From Candidatus Aenigmatarchaeota archaeon (lineage in GTDB: Archaea; Aenigmatarchaeota; Aenigmatarchaeia; Aenigmatarchaeales; JACQIB01), in assembly GCA_046760225.1 (NCBI GenBank), contig JBHIDR010000005.1, forward strand, positions 1-31,062: a DNA stretch of 31,062 bases, written 5' to 3'. Positions 7,893 through 14,965 of this stretch are shown in pieces (positions within the stretch are counted from its first letter, which is position 1; every line of letters starts with the position of its first letter). The notes beneath the pieces were generated by a model. The model had not been told where the DNA came from and ran no database searches. It saw only the letters and a program-made list of their open reading frames with translations. Both the position numbers and the translations under genes were made by a program.

Positions 7893-8603
7893 CTAGCTTC
7901 TCTGCTTTATTGTGAATTCGGGATAGACCACTATTCCCTTGTTAGTGATCCTGTACTCCACAAGCGATTTCCTGTGGGATGCCCCCCTCATCTTCCTTAT
8001 GGAAATCGCGTTCTTGTAGTACTTGTCAAAGGAGATGTTGTTCGTGAGTGTTATCACGCCGTCCACAACGAACTCCTCAAAGCCATACCAGCTAATGTCA
8101 GAGGAGCCTTCCCTGACCTCTGTTGTAAGAACAGATGTGCATCCAAGGTTGCTCAGCATGTCCGTGAGCGTAAGGAGCGCCCTCCTCCTTTGCTCCTCGT
8201 TCTTGAAGAGCATCAGGAAGAGGTTTATGGAATCTATGGCAACCCTCTTGATTCTCTTCTGCCTTATCACTTCCCCTATCTCATCAAGGAAGTCCCTGGG
8301 CTTTGCCTTTACCTTGTCCTGGAACCTCATTATGTCTGCCATGGAGCCGCCTATCAATGTGAGCCTTTTGTTCCTCTTGATGTCCATGCCCACGGAAAGC
8401 ATGTCATTTGTCATTTTTTTCTTGTTCTGCTCCAGGGTTATGAAAAGGCCGTTCTCCCCTTTCTGTGTGCCAGCATGAACGAACTGCATGGCCAGGGTGG
8501 TCTTGCCTGTACCAGTTACACCTGATACAAGTATTACCTTTCCTGGCAAAAACCCGCCATTAAGCAGCTTGTTAAGGCCCCTTATTCCCGTGTCAACCTT
8601 CAT
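7893..8603 (-). CDS. Single-domain KaiC/RAD55-like RecA-superfamily ATPase
   Basis: TGIRGLNKLLNGGF, Walker A GVTGTGKT, FITLEQ, Walker B VAIDS, EEFVVDGVI, RKMRG. Confidence 0.92.
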   Translation of the reverse strand: MKVDTGIRGLNKLLNGGFLPGKVILVSGVTGTGKTTLAMQFVHAGTQKGENGLFITLEQNKKKMTNDMLSVGMDIKRNKRLTLIGGSMADIMRFQDKVKAKPRDFLDEIGEVIRQKRIKRVAIDSINLFLMLFKNEEQRRRALLTLTDMLSNLGCTSVLTTEVREGSSDISWYGFEEFVVDGVITLTNNISFDKYYKNAISIRKMRGASHRKSLVEYRITNKGIVVYPEFTIKQRS

Positions 8604-8604
8604 G

Positions 8605-9153
8605 TCATCCCCTCAGTATCCTTTTCACCCTCCTCCTTTGCAGCCTGGCAACAGTACCGCTGGCAAATCCTGAAAAATGAAAAATGTCTGTCTTCAATAC
8701 ATTATTTAAGGCAACTCCACCCATAAAAAAGTTTGCTATGGACAGGGAAAATATGAAGACCGTGAATAGCGGCAGTGTTATTTTCTGTGAAATGAAGTTC
8801 CTTGCCTTGGAAAGTGTTGCTGCCAGGACCCCGTATATGCCTGTTGAGTTCCCGGCAATCACTGCACCAGGGAAAAATGAAAGCACAGGCACTGCTATGA
8901 AGACCGCCAAGAGATATACCATGAGGAAGCTCTCGAACTTCATGTCCAGCTCAACTGCTATGCCAGCAACAAAGGCAAGGCCTATGATGTTCTCAACAAG
9001 GTGAAGGAGGCTGAAATGCATGAACTGGAAGGAGAGCAGCTGGTAGACCTGGAAATCAGTGAAGCTCAGGGCAAAAACATCAGCTGACAGGGTGAAGAAG
9101 CATGCTATGTTTATGAGGACAACTGCAAGCGTGAATATCACTATCTTGTTCAT
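8605..9153 (-). CDS. Rhomboid family intramembrane serine protease
   Basis: FMHFSLLHLVEN (HxxxxHxxxN), AGNSTGIYG (catalytic Ser), HFSGFASG (catalytic His). Confidence 0.8.
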   Translation of the reverse strand: MNKIVIFTLAVVLINIACFFTLSADVFALSFTDFQVYQLLSFQFMHFSLLHLVENIIGLAFVAGIAVELDMKFESFLMVYLLAVFIAVPVLSFFPGAVIAGNSTGIYGVLAATLSKARNFISQKITLPLFTVFIFSLSIANFFMGGVALNNVLKTDIFHFSGFASGTVARLQRRRVKRILRG

Positions 9154-9157
9154 GGTA

Positions 9158-9313
9158 TCACTCTTTACTGTTGTTTTCCATCTTCTTCTTTATCTTTTCA
9201 TATCTCAGCACTGATTTCTTCAGTTTTTTCTTCTCCCTTCTTATGTACAAGAAGAAGGTTGCCAGTGCAGCAATGCTGCCTACGCCGAGTGCAAGCAGTG
9301 CAATATCAGTCAT
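9158..9313 (-). CDS. Small single-TM protein (51 aa)
   Basis: Manual translation MTDIALLALGVGSIAALATFFLYIRREKKKLKKSVLRYEKIKKKMENNSKE; ATGA overlap with the upstream gene, ends 4 nt before the rhomboid start. Confidence 0.75.
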   Translation of the reverse strand: MTDIALLALGVGSIAALATFFLYIRREKKKLKKSVLRYEKIKKKMENNSKE

Positions 9314-9540
9314 TTTCTAGCACCCACCTTGGCATTCCTTACCTTCACGATTATGTAAAGAAACATTGACAGTGCCAGTATTATGAAAAGGCCTGATGAA
9401 AGGCCCACTGAATTCAGCGAAGAGCCGATTGGCAGCGCAAAGTTGCTGAATGCAAGGGAGATTATAAGGAACACTGCCACTATTGAAGAGAAATACATCA
9501 AAAAGCTCTCAATTACGGTTTCCCGTCTTTTCTTTTTCAT
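9310..9540 (-). CDS. Small two-TM membrane protein
   Basis: Basic N-terminus, two hydrophobic helices, basic C-terminus; first gene of the minus-strand operon. Confidence 0.75.
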   Translation of the reverse strand: MKKKRRETVIESFLMYFSSIVAVFLIISLAFSNFALPIGSSLNSVGLSSGLFIILALSMFLYIIVKVRNAKVGARK

Positions 9541-9665
9541 GAATATAATTTCGTGAATAACTTATTTAAATATATCAATTACTGTGCTGGTCCTGCACAA
9601 GCACAGCAAAAGTCCTTCCCTTACTTAATGATGGCTTTAAATCCTTATTTTTTCAATTTTTTATT

Positions 9666-10058
9666 ATGAATACTCTTTATAAAATGCTTGTAATAGTCAT
9701 TGCAGGCGCCATGTTCATACTTGCCCATGAAGGAGGGCATTACCTGGCAGCTGCGAGCTTTGGCCTGGACCCCCAGGTCGCGCTTGAAGGCCCTAGCACA
9801 GCACTGGCAGGATTCTCAGTGGGGGTCACGCATATGCCCACCACTGCCCTGCAGGACACCATCATAGTCATGGGTGCATACGTGCTTCCGCTCTCCCTTG
9901 CGCTTGGCTTTATTCTGCTGTACAGCTGGAAAAAAAGGGAAGAATTCTGGCTTCTGGCTGCAATACTGATCATCCTGGTGGCGGTCACGCTCATGCCAAT
10001 ACCAGGAGCCTATCAGGTGGATGCAAACAGGATATTTTCAATACTTCTGGGCTTCTAA
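9666..10058 (+). CDS. Small M50/site-2-protease-like membrane zinc metallopeptidase
   Basis: HEGGH in TM1, GVT strand, IVMGAY, TLMPIPGAYQVDA resembling the NxxP...DG third-ligand motif. Confidence 0.65.
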   Translation: MNTLYKMLVIVIAGAMFILAHEGGHYLAAASFGLDPQVALEGPSTALAGFSVGVTHMPTTALQDTIIVMGAYVLPLSLALGFILLYSWKKREEFWLLAAILIILVAVTLMPIPGAYQVDANRIFSILLGF

Positions 10059-10285
10059 AGTATATTGACCACAATGAAAGCAACTGTTGATCTAAAGAAC
10101 TTCACGGCTTCTGAGAACACCTGTTGCGCAAGGGAATTCATGTCATCACTGGTCTTAAGGAAAAAGCCAGTGACGCCCTCAGGATAGGAGACGTTCAGCG
10201 TTACTTTTGTGGCAGATGTCATATTGTATGCAGCTGCTGCTGCCACTATTACAGCCAAAACAAGCAAAAACACAGACAACCGCAT
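10055..10285 (-). CDS. Small exported/membrane protein
   Basis: MRLSVFLLVLAVIVAAAAA signal-like N-terminus (start at ATG 10285), NMT and NVS sequons, GVTGFF. Confidence 0.6.
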   Translation of the reverse strand: MRLSVFLLVLAVIVAAAAAYNMTSATKVTLNVSYPEGVTGFFLKTSDDMNSLAQQVFSEAVKFFRSTVAFIVVNIL

Positions 10286-10309
10286 AATAATTATTTGGCT
10301 TTGAAGCAC

Positions 10310-10699
10310 TTATTTCTTACCTATGAGAAGCTTCCTTCCCATTATGACCCAGTAGGCCACTTCGCCGCCCTGCTCGATATCGCCCCTGAGCTCCTCAGGG
10401 ATTGCTATGTCAAAGGTCTCGTAGGTCTGAAGGTCCATTATCTGGGCTGTCTCGCCTATTATTGCAACAACCTGGCCTGTCTTCTTCTCAATTATGGGCA
10501 CGTCTATTTCCGTGCTCGCGGGCTTGACTATGCTGCGCTTCCTGTTGTCAAAAATGCCTATTGCCTCGAGCCTTGCCTTTGCACCGCCATGCTTGCCAGG
10601 CGCAGAGGTGGTGAGAGAAAGCACCTTGCATGGCTCGCCGTCAATAACGCAGTATTTGCCTGGCTTGAGCGTCTTGATCGCCACCCTTGTGGTTGCCAT
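10310..10699 (-). CDS. eif5a: Translation factor aIF5A (eIF5A)
   Basis: Hypusine loop APGKHGGAKARLEAIGIFD; QIMDLQTYETF. Confidence 0.97.
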   Translation of the reverse strand: MATTRVAIKTLKPGKYCVIDGEPCKVLSLTTSAPGKHGGAKARLEAIGIFDNRKRSIVKPASTEIDVPIIEKKTGQVVAIIGETAQIMDLQTYETFDIAIPEELRGDIEQGGEVAYWVIMGRKLLIGKK

Positions 10700-10734
10700 G
10701 GCTCTTTATTTAGAAGGCTGAAATATAAAGTTTT

Positions 10735-10935
10735 TCAAGCTTTGCCAGATGCCTTTAAAATGTCTTCAGCAGAAATAGTCTTTCTTTTTGCTGCCTTTGC
10801 CTGGCCTGCAGCCTCTTTTGCGAGCTCTGTGCCTATCTGCTCGAGCGCCTTCTGCAGCTCCTTCAGGCCGTCCCTTGATATTTTGTCAACTCCAGCGCTC
10901 CTGACCACTTTTTCTATTTCCTTGAGGGCTATCAT
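10735..10935 (-). CDS. Archaeal histone (HMf-type fold, 66 aa)
   Basis: MIALKEIEKVVRSAGVDKISRDG...AKRKTISAEDI; RKTIxxxD and AG motifs; start at ATG 10935, apparently leaderless. Confidence 0.9.
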   Translation of the reverse strand: MIALKEIEKVVRSAGVDKISRDGLKELQKALEQIGTELAKEAAGQAKAAKRKTISAEDILKASGKA

Positions 10936-10968
10936 GCTTATATATTGAGAGCTGACAAATAAAAGGGT

Positions 10969-11265
10969 ATGGTAGACAAGACAAAGAAACTGAGGGACCA
11001 GCTGAAGAAGCAGCTGCATTCCATACTTGATGAGGGCTACAGGAAGAGGAAGAAGGCAAGTACAGCTGAAGACAGGCAGAAGATACTGCTCTGGGAGATG
11101 AACAGGATAAGGCATGCATATGACGGCTACAGGAAGGAAATAAGCATGCTTATTGAAGAGGAGCAGGTAGAGCCCGAGAAGAGGAAGCTGAAAAAGGCAA
11201 AGAAGCCGAAAAAGGAGCCCACCTGGACCGACAAGAAGCCCAGCGAGAAGACAAAGAAGTTCTAA
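10969..11265 (+). CDS. Hypothetical basic helical protein
   Basis: 98-aa ORF with codon usage like neighbouring genes, Lys-rich tail, TATA-like TTATATA about 30 nt upstream. Confidence 0.7.
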   Translation: MVDKTKKLRDQLKKQLHSILDEGYRKRKKASTAEDRQKILLWEMNRIRHAYDGYRKEISMLIEEEQVEPEKRKLKKAKKPKKEPTWTDKKPSEKTKKF

Positions 11266-11282
11266 ACTGGTTTACGGTTAAA

Positions 11283-11322
11283 AACCGAAAGATTTATAAA
11301 GCTTAACCGAAAGCTTTATATA
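11283..11322 (+). promoter_or_regulatory. Tandem duplicated BRE-TATA promoter of tfb
   Basis: aaccgaaagATTTATAAA at 11283-11300 and aaccgaaagCTTTATATA at 11305-11322, 22-bp period. Confidence 0.75.
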
Positions 11323-11398
11323 CTACTTCGATACAATAAGTTATTACAGAGGTTGGGGTGTTTACTACAGATAAGTAATGATTCTACATGGTGATGTG

Positions 11399-12448
11399 AT
11401 GGCTAAAAAGAGGGCTAAAAGGAAGATAAAAAAGAAGGCAAGAAGGAAGGTCAAGAGGGCCAAGGCAAAGAAGCCTGTGAAGGCTATACGAAGGCGTGTT
11501 CTCAAGCCTGTTAAGAGGGCAGCCAAGGGCAAAAAAATAAAGAAATGCCCTGAATGCGGTTGCGGTCATTTTTTTGAGGACGAATCAAGAGGAGAAAAGG
11601 TATGCGCCAAGTGCGGGCTTGTTCTTGAGGAGTCAATTGTTGATGCTTCTCCTGAATGGAGGGCCTTTGACAGTAATCAGAGGACAAAGAGGACCAGGGC
11701 AGGAGCTCCGCTGACCTTTACAAAGCATGACAAAGGACTGACCACAGAGATCGGCCGTGGAAAAGGAGAGCTCTTCAGGGTAGCACCCTCAAAGAGGGCA
11801 CAGTACCACAGGCTGAAAATATGGCAGAAAAGGCTCGTGGAATCAAAGGACAGGAACCTTTCCTTTGCACTGAGCGAGCTGCAGAGGCTTGTTTCCTTTC
11901 TAGGACTTCCCAAGAAAGTACATGAGGAGGTTGCAAAGAAGTATGAGCAGGCTGTTGACCGCGGACTCGTAAGAGGCAGGTCAATGGAGTCTGTTATTGC
12001 ATCACTGCTCTATGCAGTGTGCAGGGAAATGGGAACACCCAGGACACTCGAGGAAATAGCTGAGGCATCCGGTGTCGAGAGAAGGGAGATAGGAAGGACC
12101 TACAGGTACATTGCAAGGGAGCTGAAGATAAGGATACTGCCTGCGCCTCCGCAGGACTATGTTCCGAGGTTCGCCTCAATGCTCGGTCTTTCTGACAAGG
12201 TCCAGGCAAGGGCAATACAGTACCTCAGGGAAGCCAAGAAGAACGAGGTTACTTCTGGTAAAGGACCTACCGGTGTGGCAGCTGCTGCACTTTACATCGC
12301 TGCTGTTCTTGAAGGCGAGAAGAGGACCCAGAGGGAGATAGCAGATGCAATAGGGGTAACAGAGGTCACAATCAGGAACAGGTTCAAGGAGCTTGTAGAG
12401 AAGCTCGGCATTGAAGAGGAAGTCGAGAAGAGGGTCAAGGAGGATTAA
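11399..12448 (+). CDS. tfb: Transcription initiation factor B with K/R-rich N-terminal extension
   Basis: Zn ribbon CPECG...CAKCG, B-reader PEWRAF, cyclin repeats RGRSMESV and GKGPTGVAAAALY, TEVTIRNR; SD GGTGA before ATG 11399. Confidence 0.97.
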   Translation: MAKKRAKRKIKKKARRKVKRAKAKKPVKAIRRRVLKPVKRAAKGKKIKKCPECGCGHFFEDESRGEKVCAKCGLVLEESIVDASPEWRAFDSNQRTKRTRAGAPLTFTKHDKGLTTEIGRGKGELFRVAPSKRAQYHRLKIWQKRLVESKDRNLSFALSELQRLVSFLGLPKKVHEEVAKKYEQAVDRGLVRGRSMESVIASLLYAVCREMGTPRTLEEIAEASGVERREIGRTYRYIARELKIRILPAPPQDYVPRFASMLGLSDKVQARAIQYLREAKKNEVTSGKGPTGVAAAALYIAAVLEGEKRTQREIADAIGVTEVTIRNRFKELVEKLGIEEEVEKRVKED

Positions 12449-12449
12449 C

Positions 12450-12557
12450 ATGACAGAGAAACCTAAGCAAAACCGCCAAAGACATGAACATCAGTATAAA
12501 CCTCTACCAGAAGGATCAGGAAAGATTGATATAGAAAAAAAAGCGAAAGAAGAGTGA
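12450..12557 (+). CDS. Possible small protein (35 aa)
   Basis: MTEKPKQNRQRHEHQYKPLPEGSGKIDIEKKAKEE; starts 1 nt after the tfb stop with GGAGGA SD. Confidence 0.4.
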   Translation: MTEKPKQNRQRHEHQYKPLPEGSGKIDIEKKAKEE

Positions 12558-12561
12558 TTCT

Positions 12562-12699
12562 ATGTACAAAGAAGTTGAGAATTTTGAACATGCACCTAGG
12601 TATGAATTGCCTAAGGGTATGAACCCAGTTTACATGCCAAATCCACATTATATGACACCAGAAGAAATGCGAGAACTCGGCATAAAGAGAATAAGATAA
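12562..12699 (+). CDS. Possible small protein (45 aa)
   Basis: MYKEVENFEHAPRYELPKGMNPVYMPNPHYMTPEEMRELGIKRIR; GAGTGA SD-like element, tight packing. Confidence 0.5.
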   Translation: MYKEVENFEHAPRYELPKGMNPVYMPNPHYMTPEEMRELGIKRIR

Positions 12700-12712
12700 T
12701 TTCAGTGATTAA

Positions 12713-12982
12713 ATGATAGACGTTATTAAAAAACTGCCAGAGCATTTTGAATTGGATCCAATAGGCATGACTTTGACAGTGAAGAAAGCTGGAAGATATT
12801 CTTATGATGCACAGGGGGCAGGATGGACTTATTTTAAAGAAGAGCCTTCAGAACGTAAGTTTGCAAATTATTTTGAAATCGACCCATTAACTTTGACCTT
12901 TAGAGTGGACAAGCCTGGAAAATATGAGTATGATGCGCAGTCAGGGGCTTGGATGTATAAGGGACAAAAGAGTAACATTTAA
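12713..12982 (+). CDS. Small protein made of two internal repeats
   Basis: FELDPIGMTLTVKKAGRYSYDAQGAGWTY and FEIDPLTLTFRVDKPGKYEYDAQSGAWMY. Confidence 0.75.
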   Translation: MIDVIKKLPEHFELDPIGMTLTVKKAGRYSYDAQGAGWTYFKEEPSERKFANYFEIDPLTLTFRVDKPGKYEYDAQSGAWMYKGQKSNI

Positions 12983-13054
12983 AAATACAAAAATACTAAT
13001 ATTATTGCCTGTGCCAGTGACTCAGGGTGCAAGTGATAAAGAAAGTGATTGACA

Positions 13055-13300
13055 ATGGGAGTAGAGGTTCCAGATCCGGAAGAATGCGGAAAATGCTTCA
13101 AATGCAAAGATGAAAAGCTCTGCGGCTGGCCATTTCCTTCTGAGCCTAATAAATGTATTTATTATGATTCTGGTGGCGAAGTAGTCCATGTGAGGTACAG
13201 GAGCGGCGAAAATATAATGTACAGGCGCTGCAGCAGACCAAACGGCCAACCTGATGAGATAGAAGGAATCGTCACATACGACGTAAAGCAGCTTGTCTGA
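13055..13300 (+). CDS. Small Cys-rich hypothetical protein
   Basis: CGKCFKCKDEKLC plus two more Cys; GTGA SD-like element. Confidence 0.6.
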   Translation: MGVEVPDPEECGKCFKCKDEKLCGWPFPSEPNKCIYYDSGGEVVHVRYRSGENIMYRRCSRPNGQPDEIEGIVTYDVKQLV

Positions 13301-13304
13301 ATTC

Positions 13305-13634
13305 TTATCTTAGCTTCTCTTCTATAATCTTGAGCCTTGCCTCGATTATGTCTAGCTTGCTGAGGATTACACCTATTCTGTCCTCCTCCTTTCTTTCCGG
13401 CCTTGAAGGAAACCTTTCTTCTGCGAATTCAGGAGGCACATATGGCCTGGCAGGCGGTGCTTCTCGTGTAGGTGCAGCCGGCCCGCGTGCAGGAGGTGCT
13501 GGCCTGAACTCGCGTGGTGGTTCTGTGGGTGGTGCTGTTGGTGGCGCGGCCCTGAACGGCGGTCCAGTTAGCTTGAGCTCTTCTGGGATTTCTTCTTCCT
13601 TTTTCTTTTTTCTTCTCAGTACTTCGAAAACCAT
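13305..13634 (-). CDS. Pro-rich disordered protein with C-terminal coiled coil
   Basis: APPTAPPTEPP... then ILSKLDIIEARLKIIEEKL heptads; TAATG coupling to the upstream gene. Confidence 0.75.
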   Translation of the reverse strand: MVFEVLRRKKKKEEEIPEELKLTGPPFRAAPPTAPPTEPPREFRPAPPARGPAAPTREAPPARPYVPPEFAEERFPSRPERKEEDRIGVILSKLDIIEARLKIIEEKLR

Positions 13635-14131
13635 TAAACCTCCTCCACGAGCTCTGCCTCGAACATTTCCCTTATTTCCCTGTCAAAGTTTTCAGTCTGC
13701 CTCTTTGCTTCCTCTACATAACTTCTTATCTGCTTTAAATAAAAAGTTTTCATGTTGGCGACCTTGAGGGTCTTGTCAAGCGCTGTTGAATAGGGTATCT
13801 TTGTCTCGAGCCATGGCTTTATCTTTACCTTGACATATCCGCTCTTGTCCTTGATGTTCTGCCTTCCCTGTATGACAACCTTTATCCAGAATGTTGTCAG
13901 GCTGTCCTTGCCTGCCTTGCCTCTCCACTGGCCGAAGAACTCGATCGGGTCCCCGAGCTTGTCCCATTTGACCTTGTCCTCGAAAAAGTTCGCAGCCCCG
14001 ACCTTGAATATCATCCTTATCTTTTCGTTCATCACGCCAAAAAGCCTGGTGGGATGGTGGCCCTCGAACTCCCTTGATATGTCCTCTTCTGGAGCAAGCA
14101 CATCTGTTTTCAAAATATAGTCAGGCATCAA
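13634..14131 (-). CDS. Hypothetical alpha/beta protein, paralog of 14137..14643
   Basis: Aligns along its length with the neighbour; GGGGA SD; real start may be ATG 14128. Confidence 0.8.
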   Translation of the reverse strand: MMPDYILKTDVLAPEEDISREFEGHHPTRLFGVMNEKIRMIFKVGAANFFEDKVKWDKLGDPIEFFGQWRGKAGKDSLTTFWIKVVIQGRQNIKDKSGYVKVKIKPWLETKIPYSTALDKTLKVANMKTFYLKQIRSYVEEAKRQTENFDREIREMFEAELVEEV

Positions 14132-14136
14132 ATCCC

Positions 14137-14643
14137 CTATTCTGTATGAGTAAGCCTTTTGAGGTCCTCAAGAAATATGCCTATGAGCTTCCTGCCGTCC
14201 CTTAGCATCTGCTCCCTTTTTGAAGCATAGAACAGCCTGTGCCATGTCATGCGCAGAAACTCATAGAGCAAGGAGCGCTCCCATACAGTGTCCTGAGGAT
14301 ACTCTGTTCTCAGCGCGCCTTCAACAACTATGTCAGCGCTTCCCTGTCCCTTGCTTGTCTGGCCACTCAGGCTAACATCAATCTTGTAGTAGGAGTTCCT
14401 GTCCAGGTCCTTGTCAAGCTCCCATTTGACCTTGAACTTTTCAGGCTCTCCCTTGACCCATGAGAACTTCTTTTCCTGTATCTCGCCAGGGTGGACCCTG
14501 AAGACAGTCTGAAGCAGCTGCGGTATTTCCTTGTAGAACCTCTCTGGCTTGGAGCCTGTGAAATGTACCTTTGCCTTTGGCCATGGCTTGAGAAGGTCGT
14601 CCTGGATCATCATCTTTGTCCTTGCTATTACCATACCAATCAT
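14137..14643 (-). CDS. Hypothetical alpha/beta protein, paralog of 13634..14131
   Basis: DLLKPWPKAKVHFTGSKPERFY vs DVLAPEEDISREFEGHHPTRLF; LRTEYPQDTVWERSL vs LETKIPYSTALDKTL. Confidence 0.8.
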   Translation of the reverse strand: MIGMVIARTKMMIQDDLLKPWPKAKVHFTGSKPERFYKEIPQLLQTVFRVHPGEIQEKKFSWVKGEPEKFKVKWELDKDLDRNSYYKIDVSLSGQTSKGQGSADIVVEGALRTEYPQDTVWERSLLYEFLRMTWHRLFYASKREQMLRDGRKLIGIFLEDLKRLTHTE

Positions 14644-14703
14644 TTAGTATCTTGTCTATTTTAAGATATAAAGTTTTATATTGCATGTGCTTGAATTATT
14701 ATT

Positions 14704-14955
14704 ATGAGCCGAATGGCTGAAATGGTACAGACAGTGGTTGTTGTACTGCTGTTCATATTCATAGGCGCGGTTGCGTATGTTCTGTGGTCAATCTCTTCCA
14801 AGCTCTTTGGTGTGTTGCTCATGATACTGGGCGTGCTCATACTGGTTTATTTCCCAGACATCAGGCAATACCAGCCTGCTTCCTTTGCTATAATGGGAAG
14901 GGTGATAGGCGCGGTTCTGCTCTTACTGGGCATACTGATTTTTGTGCTTACATGA
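14704..14955 (+). CDS. Small 3-TM membrane protein
   Basis: Three hydrophobic helices; first gene of the plus-strand operon. Confidence 0.75.
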   Translation: MSRMAEMVQTVVVVLLFIFIGAVAYVLWSISSKLFGVLLMILGVLILVYFPDIRQYQPASFAIMGRVIGAVLLLLGILIFVLT

Positions 14956-14965
14956 GGCTGGTAAA

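Noticed and set aside
9582..9606. ctgtgct-N11-agcacag hairpin between divergent promoters as a tRNA or ncRNA
   Set aside because: Too short, no T-loop or D-loop consensus, single occurrence; it may be an operator but I cannot support that.
10124..10948. 274-aa plus-strand ORF
   Set aside because: Antisense shadow of aIF5A and the histone, with no recognisable motifs.
10936..11115. N-terminal 60-aa extension of the histone ORF given in the track (apparent histone tail)
   Set aside because: It is antisense to the 10969..11265 gene, and a TATA-like box sits just upstream of ATG 10935, so the histone is 66 aa.
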